Below, one piece after another: positions 13,441-27,013 of a DNA stretch of 64,000 bases (the stretch's first letter is position 1; each line of letters begins with the position of its first letter). The position numbers and the translations under genes were made by a program. The stretch is taken from the NCBI GenBank assembly GCA_964247055.1, contig OZ176054.1, positions 12,586,001 through 12,650,000 on the forward strand. Direction: 5' to 3'. This DNA is from Paragordius varius (Eukaryota; Animalia; Nematomorpha). Below the pieces are notes generated by a model that worked only from the letters and a program-made list of their open reading frames with translations, was not told the origin of the DNA and ran no database searches.

Positions 13441-13789
13441 TTTGAGATCCCTACTACCTCTCTGGGTTTGCCCAATGTATATAGTAGACCTCTTTTTTAA
13501 TATGTTTTTTTACTATTGCATCGCCACTAACAGCTTAACGTCGGTTTGTGAACATTACAAAAATAAAATGTTTTTTATAATTTTTTAAATATCTGTATTT
13601 GAAAAACTAACAAATTTCGAAGGTGTCAACAATTTTGGATTTTTTGATGCTTTATCTAAAAATTTAAAATTTAGTATGAATATTGTTTGCTTAAATATGA
13701 TATATTTTTTGATATTTTTATTATGTAACATTATAACTTTCATCAATATTTTCAATAAGTACAATATCAAATCTTGATTTTTAAATTTA

Positions 13790-16700
13790 AATTAGTTGGT
13801 TGTTATTTCTAAATCGTAAACGACTTTTTGGATATAGTTTTCACTATTGATTTCCACTTCTTTCTATCTTTTACCCGTATATTTAAATCATTCAATGTCA
13901 TCTTAGTCTCATCTTTTATCATGTCTAACCTCCTCATTGGTGGTCGGCCTCGTTTTCTCTGTCCTTCTACCTTACCAAACATTGTGTCTTTCTTTAGAGA
14001 TTAGATCGCATGACATGACCAAAATATGTTAACGTTATATTTAGAATTATCTCCAAGATATTTGTTTTTTATTTCTGTATTCATTTATTTTATATTTCCA
14101 GGTGTTTCCTAGTATCATAGGCCAGCAGCTCCTTTTAAAAGCCATGTCCAGCTCTCACAACCAAACGTGGCGACCGGAATATCAAAACAGTAGAATATTT
14201 TTTTTTGGTTTTAACCCCTAAGCTTTTGTGTTTTTAAATCTTTATTAATTTGGTCTCTCTACCCAATCCTACTCTCTTTCTGATGTCAGGAGTTGAAGAA
14301 CCATCCTCGGACATTATAGCACCCAGAAACGTTAATTGATTAACTACTTCTTTTTTCACTTCTTTCTCCCTTTTATCTTTACTTCAATATTTTTACCATC
14401 TAATTTTCTCATTATCGTTTCTGTGCGCATATTGAACAATAAGGGGATAAGCAACACCTTTGTCTGACTTCTTTCAAGATCGGTATGACCCCGCTGATAT
14501 TCTAATTCGCTCTTTGTTTTACATAGAGAGAACTAATCAATCTTTTTAAGTGGGACGATAACCTAGTAACTTTAATGCTTCCCACAAGGAGTCATAATTA
14601 TCGAATCAAAAGTGCATTTAATAAAACACATTGTGATTCTTCCTGAAATCTCTAGATCTTTATCCTTCTCATGTTGCATATATGGTTTCTTGTGCTTTTT
14701 GCCTTCATAAATTTGGCCTGATTTTTTGGTCATGACCTTAATAGTCTGGCTAATAAGAGTTATGTTACGGTAGTTTTCGTACTGGAGTACAACCTATTTT
14801 GTATATTGGGAGATACAGATGATATCCAGTCTTGTGGCCACTTACAAGTTTCCCACACTTTTGGCTTGACTTGTGTAACGTTTCTGAAAAAATAGCTTAT
14901 ATGAACTCTATTGGAATATTGTCTAATCTCATCGCTTTGTTAAGATTTTGTTATTGCCAATTCAACCTTTTGTGTATCTGGATAGCGTTCTTCCTCTTTA
15001 ATTGTGATCCTTTTTCTTGAGGGGCCTGATAAGTTTTGGGTGCATTCCCCCTATCTTTCTCGTACTTCTGTTTGTTTGCACAATATGGTGTCACTTTCTT
15101 TTGGAATTTGGGATGATATATGGGATTTGCGAATCATTTGCTTCAGTCTCTGGATAATTCGCTGCATTAATCTTTTTATTATATATTTTTTAGGCATTGT
15201 TTATTAAGAAAGTCTTAGTAATCCTTCCTTGTTTGTCGTTGAAATTATTTGTTATATATTTAAACCATATTATTATCCCCCCTTGATTGAGCTTTTCTTT
15301 GCTTCTCTCCTATTTCTTAACGACATCCATTTATTATCTTTCCTCTATACCCTTTGCTTTTTTTCCTTTATCACCTCATTAATAACATCTTCATCGTTAC
15401 CCATAGTTGCTCAGAACTACATTCATTATCTAATCTATCTAATCGATCTTTTGTTTTTGATCTAAAATATTTAAAATGTTCCGGGTTATATCTGCATGTC
15501 TAACATTTTTTAATTGTTTAAATCCATGATGGCTAGAGCAATCACTGCTTTTGCTTCTTTTTGTATTGAGCATGGAGCTTTTCCATTTTTGTGTACACAT
15601 TATATCGATTTGATATTTGTATTTGCCGCATAGAGAGGTCCATGTGCATAGCCGCCTATTGCGTTGTGAAAACCATGTGTGTTATGCAAATCTGAAAGAT
15701 ATACTTTATTTTTATATCATAATTTTCTGTTACATGCAAATGTGAAATACATACCTTGGTTATATATAATAACTTTCACCCTTATTTGAATTGTATTATT
15801 TTCTATATTTTTTGTGTTATATGTAAATATATAACCTTTGTTACTTGGAATTTTATTGATATAATGCAAATCATGGACAGTTAAAATTGCTATATATACA
15901 CCTTAAAAAACCAAATAAAAAGTTCAGTTCATTTCACATTTCGTTTATTATCTCTTTATCCTACAAGTTAACAACTGGTGGCCAAGACGAGTATCGAACT
16001 AATCTAACAACTAATCTAACACAACAGTGGAACCTCCGGGTTCCAAACTCGGATGGGGAGTTAGAGTCCAAAGTTCCACAACCATGACAATGTCAATTGC
16101 CAATATCACCAGCATGTCCAGTAAAAAATTTAATGATAATACCAATTAGAACAATGGTAATAATTTTTCGACAACAATCAACCTCTGACACATTCGCGCA
16201 AGGGTTATGGGAGTGTTCATGGGCCAAACAAATGTCCCGCCTGGAACCGCAATTGCAAATGCGGAAAACCCAACCACTTCGCTAATGTAGATCAAACTGC
16301 CAAAAAAATGTTCAACCGCCATTGCACTGAAAGCGAACGGGCTAATAATCTATAGAAACTTTGAAATCATTATCAACAAATGGCTGGGGAGGACTCCCAC
16401 ATCATTCAACAATTGATGGATGGGTAAGTAAGATTGGCGCGGACAAACTTGTAATAAGATTGATCGGTAAGACGCCTACCTCCCCAGGCCGAGTTAAAGC
16501 TACACCTAGACGATTTCAACAATAAGAGTATGTGTCAGTTACAAAAGGACACTGTTTAGATTCGTTACAGCGCCCATAGTATATCAGTGCGCCTGGACCA
16601 GTTTCAAAGGAATGGTCTAGGGTGGCAGGCAGAGATCAAAGGAAACACGTCGACACACATAACATAGAATGTTATCTTTCAAACTAAGATTCGTCGACAC

Positions 16701-17645
16701 ACCCACGACACCGGTCACTCAAACAATAGTAATGATAATGATCACGACAATAACACCAATATTAATGGTAACATTATTGATAATAATAACATAATAGCAA
16801 TAATGACAATATCAATGAAAATCCGCACGAGCGTCGTTACCCCGAGAGAATTCGGCGGAAGCCGGTCCGGTTCTCTTAAGGGGGAAGTGATGTTATGCAA
16901 ATCTGAAAGATATACTTTATTTTTATATCATAATTTTCTGTTACATGCAAATGTGAAATACATACCTTGGTTATATATAATAACTTTCACCCTTATTTGA
17001 ATTGTATTATTTTCTATATTTTTTGTGTTATATGTAAATATATAACCTTTGTTACTTGGAATTTTATTGATATAATGCAAATCATGGACAGTTAAAATTG
17101 CTATATATACACCTTAAAAAACCAAATAAAAAGTTCAGTTCATTTCACATTTCGTTTATTATCTCTTTATCCTACAAGTTAACAGTTGTTTATCATCATC
17201 TAGTTTTCCTGGCAAAAATTGATCAATGCCTGCCAGCCTCGTTTCGTTCTCCCAATCCATATGGCCCGACTATTTGATTTACTCTACCAACTTTGCTGTT
17301 CCACAATCAGCACCTATGACAACCATAGTTTTTTCTTTGTATGATTCAAAACTATTTGCAGCTCTGCATAAAAATCCTCTATGTCTTTATTAGTATGTTA
17401 ATTTAAGTGGCGTAGCATTCAATCTTATACTCATAATTCTGGGTTTATGTGTGTATAACTAACGAGATTTTCATTCCATTTGAAACGCCTTCTGATTTTT
17501 GGTCATTTCTCCCCGATCTTAACAATGTATACGTTTTGTACTTTTGCGCTACCTTTTGCTTAATCTCCGTTAAACCCAGTATATATAGGTTCCATCTTTC
17601 CATTTCTCTCTTATTATAACCTGTTTGGTGTCTGTTACGCACAAA
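13790..17645 (-). mobile_element. Decayed RTE-clade LINE, interrupted by an LTR element at 15680-17184
   Basis: APE fragment (LYILGLTE, 17445-17642) and RT relics. Colinear with the copy at 41111-43780. Confidence 0.9.
15680..17184 (+). mobile_element. Non-autonomous Gypsy-derived LTR element (TRIM-like), 1505 bp
   Basis: 294-bp LTRs at 15680-15973 and 16891-17184 (TG...CA), identical by eye. PBS-like TGGTGGCC at 15976. PPT AAGGGGGAAGTGA before the 3' LTR. Gag knuckle relic HGPNKCPAWNRNCKCGKPNHF (~16205-16290). Confidence 0.93.
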
Positions 17646-18952
17646 AAGAACAAATAATTTTAAATGTGTCAGGATAGTTTATTTAACAAACATTAAGTTG
17701 GCATTAGAGAAGCTACAAGTTAAATCAAAAAACCCTAAAGTGGAACGAAAATTATGTTGAGAATCTGTTTTTTTATGACTGTTAAAAATACACGAGTACT
17801 TAGAATATCTGCGTTGATGTTTAATTTTTTAACATAAAAAAATCTATTCAAAATGGGTATTTTATTAAAATTACACTTAAAATGTGTAGTCTGTCTTTTA
17901 TATAAGAGGATTAGGCATTATCTTATAAAGTTTAAATGTTTCTTTCCCCAGTGGATAAAATATTTTTAAACTTGGTGATTAACTGTAGTTGACCTATCAA
18001 GTATATAAATTTAAATAAATAAAACCGACCTTTTTAAAAATAACTTTTTAAATGATTCTAAGGTCAAATAAATTTATAATGGTAAATACTGTCCTATTAG
18101 AAGTTTCCATCTTTTGGAGATATACACGATTAAATCAATACTCTAATGCGAAAATATTCCCTTTACTTTAAAAAGTTGAGATGCACATGACATAGAGATA
18201 TTCGTATACTGCTTTTCTATAAAAAAAACAACATCTTGACTCAAAAATAGTTACTGCATACTGGTATGGAAAAAACCTAACTGTTATCTTGAATATAATG
18301 TGGGAATTTTTTTCTATGGTATTAACAATCAAAATTAAGGATTTGGAGTTTATATATATTAGTTGGCATCCTCATAAATTTGTATTTTTAGTATCTAAAA
18401 CTGTTTTTCGTTTGACCACATAGTTTTTATTATTCATAATATATAACATGAATGATTTATTAATTATTCAAATATGTTCATTTATCATAAAAATTAGATG
18501 GGATGATTGGCTGTCCTCAAAGTTGAGGTAAATTGGTTATAATTATCACAGTCACGAGTTATATTTTCGTATCTTTGGGCTAAGTTGTGTAAAATAGATA
18601 TAGCATATGTGATATATTGAAAAAATATTTCTGATATTTACCTAAAATATTTAGGTTGCGTCTTTCTAAAACATGAGACATGCATATTATGAAAATAAAA
18701 TTTTAACAATTTTTGAATTGGGCTCACTTTATACTTGGTTAAGCACCAAAAATAAGCAAATTCTGAAATAATTGGACCAAAACTATGATACTTATAAGCA
18801 AAAGATGTAACATAAATATTAACTATTGTGACCTTTTCAATTATTATTAGATAAGGATTAGCCTGGGTTGTTTTACATATATTTTTAATGTATATATATA
18901 TAAGACCTAAGACAAATGACGACTTTGAACTTCTAAAAGGTCTTTTTGTAAA

Positions 18953-19213
18953 CAGAGGCGTAGCTAGAGGGTGGAAAAGTAGGCTGATGAGCCGGGCGCT
19001 ATAGTTAAAGGGGCTCTGGATTTTAAAATTTTTTTAATTTTATTTAAAATAGGTATTTAAAAGTTATTATTTTTATACATAAAAAAATCACCCATTTATG
19101 AGTAGTCATGACCACGGTTTAAATTTGATATTTTTTTAATATCCAAGGAATCGCATTGAGGAAGGGGGGGGCATCACGGATTAATGCTCCGGGCGTCAGA
19201 AGCTAAGCCTCTA
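18953..19213 (+). mobile_element. hAT-like MITE (inverted relative at ~63260-63493)
   Basis: CAGAGGCGTAGCT...AGCTAAGCCTCT termini. Flanks TTTGTAAA / TGTGTAAG match at 6 of 8. Confidence 0.75.
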
Positions 19214-19871
19214 TGTGTAAGCATGATGGCAGGTAAATCAACATTATAAAAGACGATGGATTCCCTTTTTTCAGATCAAGCACATTTTAAAAAACTATTT
19301 TTGGTTAGTACGTTAGACAGTACTATTAAATATAGTTTTGCCTCACTACCATGGGTGCAGATTATATTTAGTATACAATTTTTTAAGAATGTACTTAATG
19401 TTTAACTTGACAGACAATTTATATTGCTAAATTTATAAAAGTCTATAAGAAAATTTAGTTTTAATCAAGCTTACAAAAACGTACCTGTAAATTAACACGC
19501 CTTTAATCACTACTTCAAATTGATTAGCCATTCGACAACTATTTTAAAAAGTAAGAAAATCAATCTTTTTACATTTGCCACCTACAACATATTAATATCT
19601 AAACAATATTTAAATTCCAATTTTATTACTGCATCTATCTATCATTAACGGCTGTTTTCACCCGTTACAAAACTAATTTCTTAATAATTTTTGGGTGAAA
19701 TTTGCGCTTAAATAATAAATATCCTTAGATTAAAAGCTTCAATACCATGTGTGATTTTTTAATTTTGGTGGATGTCCATCGTAATTTATAGGCAAAATAA
19801 GTAAAGATCCATCTTTTATAACAACACCAAATGTATTATATAAACTTAAGATAATACATTATAAATTAAAA

Positions 19872-20143
19872 TTATACGGACAAAAAGTAAAAAATATATA
19901 GACAAATATTTTTTTCTAAAAGATAACCATACTTTTGTAAAACCTTCATGTTTCTCATATAAGACATATAATTGTAAAATATAGAATCGAATTGTGTTAG
20001 TATTATATATCTCTATCTCACACTCATTTAAAACAATGAATTATATTGATATAATCTAAATTTAAAAAGTATGGTTGTCTTTTAGAAAAAAATATTTGTC
20101 TTTATATTTTTACATTTTTTCCGTATAATATCAGTTTTTACTG
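19872..20143. mobile_element. MITE family D copy (others ~32265-32510, ~38760-39015, 50986-51258)
   Basis: Inverted arms TTATACGGACAAAA...AGACAAATATTTTTT / AAAAAATATTTGTC...CCGTATAA. Confidence 0.7.
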
Positions 20144-20258
20144 TAATTACCAATGGGAATGTGTATCTCATTAACTATATTATATAATATATAAATTAAT
20201 CTTTGTTAAATTCAAATTACGTAAAAAAAACTTGATAATTACAGAGTATGCATTTTAA

Positions 20259-20413
20259 TGGTTGCTTATTGCATATTTTAATTGTGCAATTTGCAACTCT
20301 ACAGTAGTGTATGGAAAAAACAACCAAATGTTAAATAAACAATTATTTCCTTTCTTTTTTCCATATACTATTGTGTTACGAATTGCCTTACTATAGTGTG
20401 AAATAATCAACCA
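20259..20413. mobile_element. Small palindromic MITE (copies 38603-38743 and ~25945-26090)
   Basis: TGGTTG...CAACCA termini, flanked by TTAA on both sides at the 38.6-kb copy. Superfamily unassigned. Confidence 0.65.
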
Positions 20414-20739
20414 TAAAATGCATACTGTAAAAGTAATATTCATTCTTTATGTAATGATTGAATGGCATAAATCTATCGCTGTTTAACGTACTATATTTAA
20501 GATTACGTAACTTTTAACTATTTTACCAAGTATGTGTTACTTGAAGGTTTTTATATGACAGTGTTGAGATCACACACATCCTAAAAATTAATTCGTATTT
20601 TTATTTTTCTATATACATTTACACCCCAAATTTACCCTTGAACAATTCAAATTCGCCTATATTAATTTTTAATATTGTTAAAAATCATTTTGTTTTAAAT
20701 TAAAATAATACTGAAAAAATACAAAACTAAGCCGTAAAG

Positions 20740-20928
20740 ATGTCCTTGAACACTTCAAGTTGGTGAGTTGAAGATTTCAAGGGCCTAAAAAAATTTAAAT
20801 ATATATATATTCATTTAAAAAAAATAATTTTAGTCAAAAACGACCTTTTTAAACTAATTTTTTTTCAATTTAAAAAATTATTAACTTTTAAATATTTTTA
20901 AAGAGAAATTGTAAATAATAGCCTAGAA

Positions 20929-20968
<40 letters not shown>

Positions 20969-21200
20969 AATTAGGTGTTAAAAATATCTAAATTAAAGAA
21001 ATTAATAAAGATATACGGTTCCTGATGATTAGAAGTTGATAATTTAAAATTTATGTTAGTTATAGAAAATAGCTTACAAAGGATAAAATAGATCAATAAT
21101 ACACGATTTGATTGATAAAAGTTAAAAACAAAACAAAATAGTTAAATGACCAACTTGTGTTAGAACTTTAAGTGTTCAAGGCACTTTTAAACTGCAAATG
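20740..21200. mobile_element. Decayed MITE family B copy
   Basis: GTCCTTGAACACTTCAAGTTGG ... CTGCAAATGGTA. Boundaries approximate. Confidence 0.65.
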
Positions 21201-21786
21201 GTATCTTTACTGATTTATAAATAGCCCGAAAATATATAATTTATTTTTTGGGTGAATTTAAATTGTTCAAGGAATTCGAATTGTAGGGTAAATTTTGGTT
21301 ATTCAATGGTAAATTTAAATTGTAATTGGCATACTTTATGACATCCAATATTTTCATATTTGCATGAGCCATAAATATAGTATTTATGCGTAAATTTGAT
21401 CACCCCGTTTTAGAAAATTCGAAAAAAGGTATTTGCATTTAAGACGATAAAGCCCAAAGTTGTGTTTAAACGAAAAAACTATGAATAAATAAGCTTTAAT
21501 TGTATTAATTAACAGATTAAATATTTAGCTTAGGTATTTAACAATGCTAAATATATAAATAAAAATGATAAGATTTGAATGTATTAAGTAGAGGTTTGTA
21601 GCTTATCACTGCTCATCACAAATTAGAGAATAATATTTCAGTACACTGTGGAATTAATTATATGATTTTTTACTATTAAATTTAAAATAAAATTCTTATT
21701 TCTTTAAGATAAAATATAATTAACTTAGCGATATCGAAACTTTACAAACACTTTTTTGTATCATTACTAAATAGCAAAACTAGTAT

Positions 21787-22304
21787 GATTCAAATTGGGG
21801 TATCTAAATACCCCAGACTAAATTTTAGTTGGGATTTTTAAAAAACTACTGAAGGAAACGGTCCCAATTTTTTATGCTTCTATCCTAATAAAAATTAAAA
21901 TATGCCAAAATTACTTCGACGCCATTTTTATTTTACATAATTTTTGCAAAATATCGTCTTCATTTAATTTTAAGGGTAAAATTAAAGCTAATTTTTTTAT
22001 TTAAATTACATCTAAAATTGATAGAAATAGACAAAGCGGTTTATTTTGTATTATTTTTCAATTTATCTATTACATGTCGCGTTGACTAAATTTTTACCTT
22101 TCGGTTTTAGCTTAAAATAAGTAATATCAAGTATTTTTGAATTTTTTTTATATATTTCAGTTTATTTATGTTATAAAAGTGCAAAATTTTGCCATGGTTT
22201 CGATTCCTTCCATATTTTTTAAAGTATTTAATTTTAAACAGGCCTGGGGTATTTAACTACCCCAATGAATCGAAGGACTTAAATGAATGTGTTGTATTCA
22301 AGTG
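21787..22304 (+). mobile_element. piggyBac-like MITE family P
   Basis: TIR GATTCAAATTGGGGTATCTAAATACCCCA / TGGGGTATTTAACTACCCCAATGAATC. Right end AAGTG|TTAA. Confidence 0.75.
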
Positions 22305-22803
22305 TTAAGAGCCCGTCCACAGTTGTTAGTAAAACGATCAGCATAAAAAATGGTAATGATTTATCTTTTTTTGAAAAAGAGCCGAACATTAGTTGTAATT
22401 AATTCCAAATGCATTGTAATCTCCTAAAAAATGTATATGAAAAAATACGGAATCATGTATGCTATAAAATTAGACACTTGAATATTTTAGTTAATTTTTA
22501 AGGAAAGACATCATTTATCAGTAATTTTTTAAATGTTGTTTAGTGTTAAAGACTAGTTTTTATATTATAGGAATATTGCTAAGTACGATATTTAAATGAA
22601 TTGAATTGACATAATCATATATACGGAAATTTACCTCCAATCGTGCTATCTAAATTAAATATATATATATATATATAATAGCAAAAATAGACATAATCAA
22701 GGGTTATATCATCAAAAATACATAATTTACATGGATGAATGTAACAGCTAATAATGGTCTTTTGATTTTTAATCAAGAGTCATTTAGGGAAAAAGATCTA
22801 AAT

Positions 22804-23104
22804 CAGTGGTTCCCAACCTTTTTTGTCCGCGCCCCACCAAATTAAAAAATAAAATACTGCCCCCCCCCTCCCCTTTGAAAAAAATGCAAATGCAAAACTT
22901 ATTATAATATTTGAAAATCATGACCAATGAGCTCCTTCATCTGCGATTTCTGAAATATTTTCTGCATAGCGGGGACAAATATTGATAATTTGGTGAGATC
23001 CTTATTAAACTAAAATTTTTCAAGTTGTATTTTATAAGTTAATACTATAAATTTTTCGCGCCTTCCTCCCTAGATTTTTCTGCGCCTGCCTTTTAGGAGC
23101 CAAT
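22804..23104 (+). mobile_element. hAT-like MITE
   Basis: Left TIR CAGTGGTTCCCAACC. Right end degenerate (GGAGCCAATG). Confidence 0.5.
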
Positions 23105-23687
23105 GATTTGAAGTTTTCTGCTGATTCCTACACAAAATTTGGCAAAATTGGCCCATTTTAATAATTTTTTTATCAGACACATAGTTACATTTTTATTGTT
23201 TCACACTATAGTTTTGAAAAATATATTGTTTTAAAAAGTTAATTAATTCAAAATTTAATTATCAAATATGGTTACCGACTCATCTCAATAGATTCTAAAA
23301 TGTGCCAGGTTTCTCCAAATACAAAAAGATCATATGCTACTGACATAAATTTTTTTGAAATAATTGTGTTGGTCACGTTTGATTTGAATTATAATGTATA
23401 CGATAAAAAACACTTTTTTTATTCTCGATAAACACATTTCTTATACTATTATATGTTTTAGAATATAAATTGGTTCGAGTTTGAATATGGGTTGAATATA
23501 AATTTTAAGCATAATTTATAATATTATTGAAGTACAAATTAAGTTTTGAACAAAGTATAAATTTAAGACTTTTGGATGTCATAATCTAGCACTTAAATAT
23601 TGCGTCCGCATTTTTATAAAACGAACACCTAACATTAAAGTGCTAGGATTAGAGGTTATCAAAATAGTCATGAAATCTACTCGTATA

Positions 23688-24055
23688 CAGGGGCGTACCG
23701 AGGGGGGCAAGGGGATGCATCATGCACCGGGCGCCGTTATTTAGGGGCGCCTTGATTTTTTAAAAATTTTAATTATGCAAAATTAATAAATACTTTCAAA
23801 TGAGGGTAATAATCCCTATAATATATACTATATTATTCACCTAATTAGTACTATTGAATAAATTTAGTATCATATAAACATATATATTTAATAGATTTAA
23901 AATTTATATGACTGTGCTGTCTTATCAATGGTGTTAAGGTTACAACGTTGGTATTATTTTTTACTAAATTGTTATATTGGCTTTTAAAAATAAGGGGGGA
24001 GGGGAGCCATAAAAGTTTTATGCCCCGGGCGCCGCAAATGCTCGGTACGCCACTG
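23688..24055. mobile_element. hAT MITE with perfect 8-bp TSD
   Basis: TIR CAGGGGCGTACCGAG / CTCGGTACGCCACTG. TSD CTCGTATA at 23680-23687 and 24056-24063. Confidence 0.95.
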
Positions 24056-24201
24056 CTCGTATAGACACATTATGTCACACGTGAGCAGCCAATTTAGGTA
24101 TCATCTGTATATCTCCCTATATACGAAACAAAGTGCTGTATTACAGTGTTAAAACTAAAACATAGCATCTATCAGCCAGCTAATAAGGTCATGCAAATAT
24201 A

Positions 24202-24810
24202 CCATTTGCACTTCAAGAGTGTCCTTGAACACTTCAAGTTGGTCCTTGAACATTTCAAGTTGGTCCTTGAACAATTCAAGTTGGTCCTTGAACCGTTCAA
24301 GTTGGTCCTTTGACTTTTTTGTTTTGTTTTTAACTTTTATCATCAAATCGTAAATAATTCATCTATTTTATTGTTTTAACCTATTTTCTATTATTTAACA
24401 TTTTTTCAAATCGATAACAACTTTTAATCGTAAAACCGTATATCTTTATTAATTTCTTAAAATAATTTTGGATATTTATTAACACGAAATGAAAAAATAT
24501 ATGAATTTTCTGGGTTTATATTTACAATTTTTCATTGAAAAGATTTAAAAATTAATAATTTTGTTAAATTGGAAAAAAATTGAAACAAAAAAGTTGTTTT
24601 TGAATAAAATTTTTTAATTTTAAATGAATAAATATATAATAAATAGAGAAAATTAGGTTAATAAATAATAAAATAAAAAAATAAATGCAAAAATTATGGT
24701 TAAATCAAAATTTATAAATTTTAAGGACCAACTAGAAGTGTTCAAGGACCAACTTGAATTGTTCAAGGACCAACTTGAAGTGTTCAAGGACACTCTTGAA
24801 GTGCAAATGG
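24202..24810. mobile_element. Complete MITE family B (long TIRs built of 21-bp repeats)
   Basis: TA|CCATTTGCACTTCAAGAGTGTCCTTGAACAC...GTGTTCAAGGACACTCTTGAAGTGCAAATGG|TA. Confidence 0.9.
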
Positions 24811-24849
24811 TATATTACAAAATAGGATGCTCAATATCATGTCAATACT

Positions 24850-25720
24850 AGAAAATCAGGAGTAATATGTGCTGGGAAAGAGCACAAGAGATTATATATT
24901 AAACATAAGAGGTTATTGGAAACATTCGAAGAGAACTTAAGAAAAAATCATAGATGTGTATTGTATTATTTATTACAAACCTTTTGATTAAGATAGTCTT
25001 CCCCTTATTGTTAATCAAACAGGGATTATTGGAAGATAGCGGGTGACACAGAAAATGATCTTGAAAGGGTAGGGTGTTGGTTAGACCCTTACTGCTCCAC
25101 AGATAATGAGAATGTTAAATCTTAAAAATATTAGAGTAGACTTAATGTTTGCATTAGATACCACCTATGCAGAAAGTGTAATAATTTAATGGAATTGATT
25201 AAAAAGATTTGGAAGTGTAGTTTAAGTTAATGTTTTTGATAAACCCTAAAAAACCAAAATATTAGGCCCTGGAGAAAAGCCTACAATTAGAAAATAGAAA
25301 TAATTAATCAATTATTTGGGGCGCTAAAGTTTCTGATGGGTCATCAATCCGGACATTTTAAAGCGAATAGGATTGGGTGGAGAGTTAATGAATAAATTAT
25401 TAAAGATCTGGAAAAGAGAAACTTAGGAGTTGAAACCAAAACATGTCTAATCAAATGTTTAATTTTTTCGGTCAATAAATACGAAAGCAAAACACACATA
25501 AACAAATTTCTTAGAAATAATTTACAAAAGAATTATAACATAATGTGGGTCAATTCATTTAAAAACGTGATGTTTGAAAGGTTACAAAGAAAACAACGCC
25601 GACCACAGATGAGGTGGGTAGATGAAAGAAGAAACTAAGAAGACATTAGAAGTTGAGCGATAAAGGATTGAGCGAAGCGGAAATCAATAGTGCAGACTAT
25701 ATCCAAAGAGTTGTTTAGGA
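24850..25720 (+). mobile_element. Highly decayed RTE LINE 3' fragment
   Basis: AGGATTGGGT(A/G)GAG...TTAGGAGTTGAAACCAAAA matches the 41.4-41.7-kb copy in reverse. Boundaries approximate. Confidence 0.7.
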
Positions 25721-27013
25721 CTTAAACTAATAAATGTATCCCTTGTTTGTTAACATTAGTAATTACTAAAACAACACTACTTTTACCGTTGTGAAAGTAA
25801 ATTCAATATTTGAATGTAGTCTACTATATAAACATAAACCTTACGGCGAGGATGCAGGATTTTAACATGGTAATATACAAATATCAATCAACATGCAATT
25901 ATGCTTTTACAAACGTTAGCAAAGCGTGTTTTATAATATTTATTTTAAGGGTTGCTTATTTCATACTATAGTAAGGGGCGATTTGCAACACAAGAGTTTT
26001 TTGAAAAAAGAAAAGAAATAATTGTTTATTCAACATTTCGTTGTTTTTTCCATACACTACTATGTTGGAAATTGTCCTACTCTACATTAAAATGCCTACT
26101 GTATATTAGCGTAACCAAAACGGCTGAACATTTTTAACTTTTTGTTACTTTACCCTCTGATTTTGTTTTTTCTAAAGAAGCAGGCAAACAAATTTTTTCA
26201 AAATTCCGAGGTACAAATTACAATGCGTTTAAAACTTTATAAGATTGTAGTTTTAAAAATCCTTAATGACCACGATCTACGCTTTAAACTTATAAACTAA
26301 AATAAAAAGTGCGCCATTTCATAAAATATCTGGCTCATTTTTCAAATAAAAATTATCAAAATTTTTATATAATAATACATATCTGTTCCAATTTAAAGAT
26401 ATTTTGATGTTATTGGTTAATGGCAAAATATGGATTTCAATACTAAGTAATAAGAATTCAAATATATTCACAAAAATCCGGTATTTAAATTTTTTTTACT
26501 TCTTCGACCTAGTTTTTAAAATATGGACAGGATATATCAATTGGGCAAAAAGCGAAAATTTAGGATAATTAAATAAATAATGATAAAACTTGAGATATTA
26601 AAATTTATTATATCAGTTATTTACTATTTATAGATAGTGTAAAATCTAGGTTGGCTTTTTAACTCAGATGAAAAAGGGTGTTTTTCCTTTAATATACTTA
26701 ATTAAAAAGTCATAAACTCAATATACTATTTATTTAATAGCGAAATTGGAGAATTACGCATTATATATTATGAAATTTATTCAATATTAAGCTAAAATAT
26801 GATGAAAATATAAATTTTTATAATACCTTAGTAAAAGTCGAGAATTAAAATTTACATTTCCATCCTATACGCATTTTAGCTTAATTTTGAATAAACACTA
26901 ATTAAATTTATTTTCAAGCTATTCTCATTATTAATCAGCCTTCATATTTCAAAATAAAATTAACAATATGTTTTAGTGTATATTTACTCTTTCATTTTGA
27001 AATCTTACTGTTA

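Noticed and set aside
19223-19303. Plus-strand spliced start MMAD-QAHFKKLFL with a 42-nt intron
   Set aside because: No credible downstream exons, so it is likely chance.
18636-19490. YAG|GT juxtapositions (also ~38840, ~46565, ~46900) as recursive splice sites
   Set aside because: Common in AT-rich DNA, and equally explained as exon ends.
24220-24310. Regular short repeats as a CRISPR array
   Set aside because: The units abut without unique spacers and form MITE arms in a eukaryotic context.
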